Shown here in pieces: positions 63,301 through 64,000 of a stretch of DNA of 64,000 bases. Under the pieces are notes generated by a model, which did no database searches, was not told the origin of the DNA, and saw nothing but the letters and a program-made list of their open reading frames with translations. How positions within the stretch are numbered: the stretch's first letter is position 1; the number at the start of each line of letters is the position of its first letter. The position numbers and the translations under genes were made by a program. This stretch comes from Octopus sinensis (Eukaryota): the NCBI RefSeq assembly GCF_006345805.1, contig NW_021836127.1, positions 124,001-188,000 of the forward strand, read 5' to 3'.

Positions 63301-64000
63301 TCTGAGCATGTATGCTTCTGAGCCTGTATGCTTCTGAGCCCGTATGCTTCTGAGCATGTATGCTTCTGAGCCTGTATGCTTCTGAGCCTGTATGCTTCTG
63401 CGCCTGTATGCTTCTGAGCCTGTATGCTTCTGAGCCTGTATGCTTCTGAGCATGTATGCTTCTGAGCCTGTATGCTTCTGAGCATGTATGCTTCTGAGCC
63501 TGTATGCTTCTGAGCATGTATGCTTCTGAGCATGTATGCTTCTGAGCCTGTATGCTTCTGAGCCCGTATGCTTCTGAGCATGTATGCTTCTGAGCCTGTA
63601 TGCTTCTGAGCCCGTATGCTTCTGAGCATGTATGCTTCTGAGCCTGTATGCTTCTGAGCATGTATGCTTCTGAGCCTGTATGCTTCTGAGCATGTATGCT
63701 TCTGAGCATGTATGCTGTATGCTTCTGAGCCCGTATGCTTCTGAGCATGTATGCTTCTGAGCCCGTATGCTTCTGAGCATGTATGCTTCTGAGCCTGTAT
63801 GCTTCTGAGCATGTATGCTTCTGAGCATGTATGCTTCTGAGCCTGTATGCTTCTGAGCATGTATGCTTCTGAGCCTGTATGCTTCTGAGCATGTATGCTT
63901 CTGAGCATGTATGCTTCTGAGCCTGTATGCTTCTGAGCATGTATGCTTCTGAGCATGTATGCTTCTGAGCCTGTATGCTTCTGAGCATGTATGCTTCTGA
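60400..64000. repeat. 16-bp satellite (TATGCTTCTGAGCCTG)n, about 225 units, running off the window
   Basis: Continuous tandem array with single-base variants (AGCATG, CGCCTG, AGCCCG, CTCAGCC, AGTATG). Confidence 0.99.

Noticed and set aside
60249-63988. Very long ORFs (377-1235 aa) of repeating RSIQAQKHTGSEAY
   Set aside because: They are translations of a 16-bp satellite. The unit is not a multiple of 3, so all minus-strand frames give the same peptide; there is no evidence of a real protein.

Overview
AT-rich eukaryotic (metazoan-like) genomic window. It holds six recognisable intron-rich host genes (TBC+TLDc protein, AP-1/2 beta-adaptin, INTS1, a BLOC1S4-like protein, a zeta-crystallin-like quinone oxidoreductase, ERG28) and a U4 snRNA gene. 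Most introns are only 23-29 nt with almost no donor consensus beyond GT, resembling what is reported for dicyemids (host identity is inference). The rest is a dense transposon graveyard: at least 11 CRE-type RLE non-LTR fragments; LINE, RTE-like and R4-like remnants; hAT elements with perfect 8-bp TSDs; a Merlin element; pogo/Tigger elements; and one Tc1 with an intact DD34E ORF. Two satellites sit in or against mobile elements: a 48/54/60-bp telomere-like array inside a TGT...ACA Ginger-like element, and a 16-bp array fused to a LINE 3' end. Most notable: (1) a degenerate rhabdovirus nucleoprotein-like endogenous viral element at about 57.7-59.4 kb, fused to an LTR-like repeat; (2) a pogo element carrying an exon-intron-exon piece of the TBC gene 18 kb away; (3) three retroelement copies with twin-priming-type 5' inversions, two of them CRE/RLE-type. 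All calls come from manual translation and motif recognition; no searches were run.
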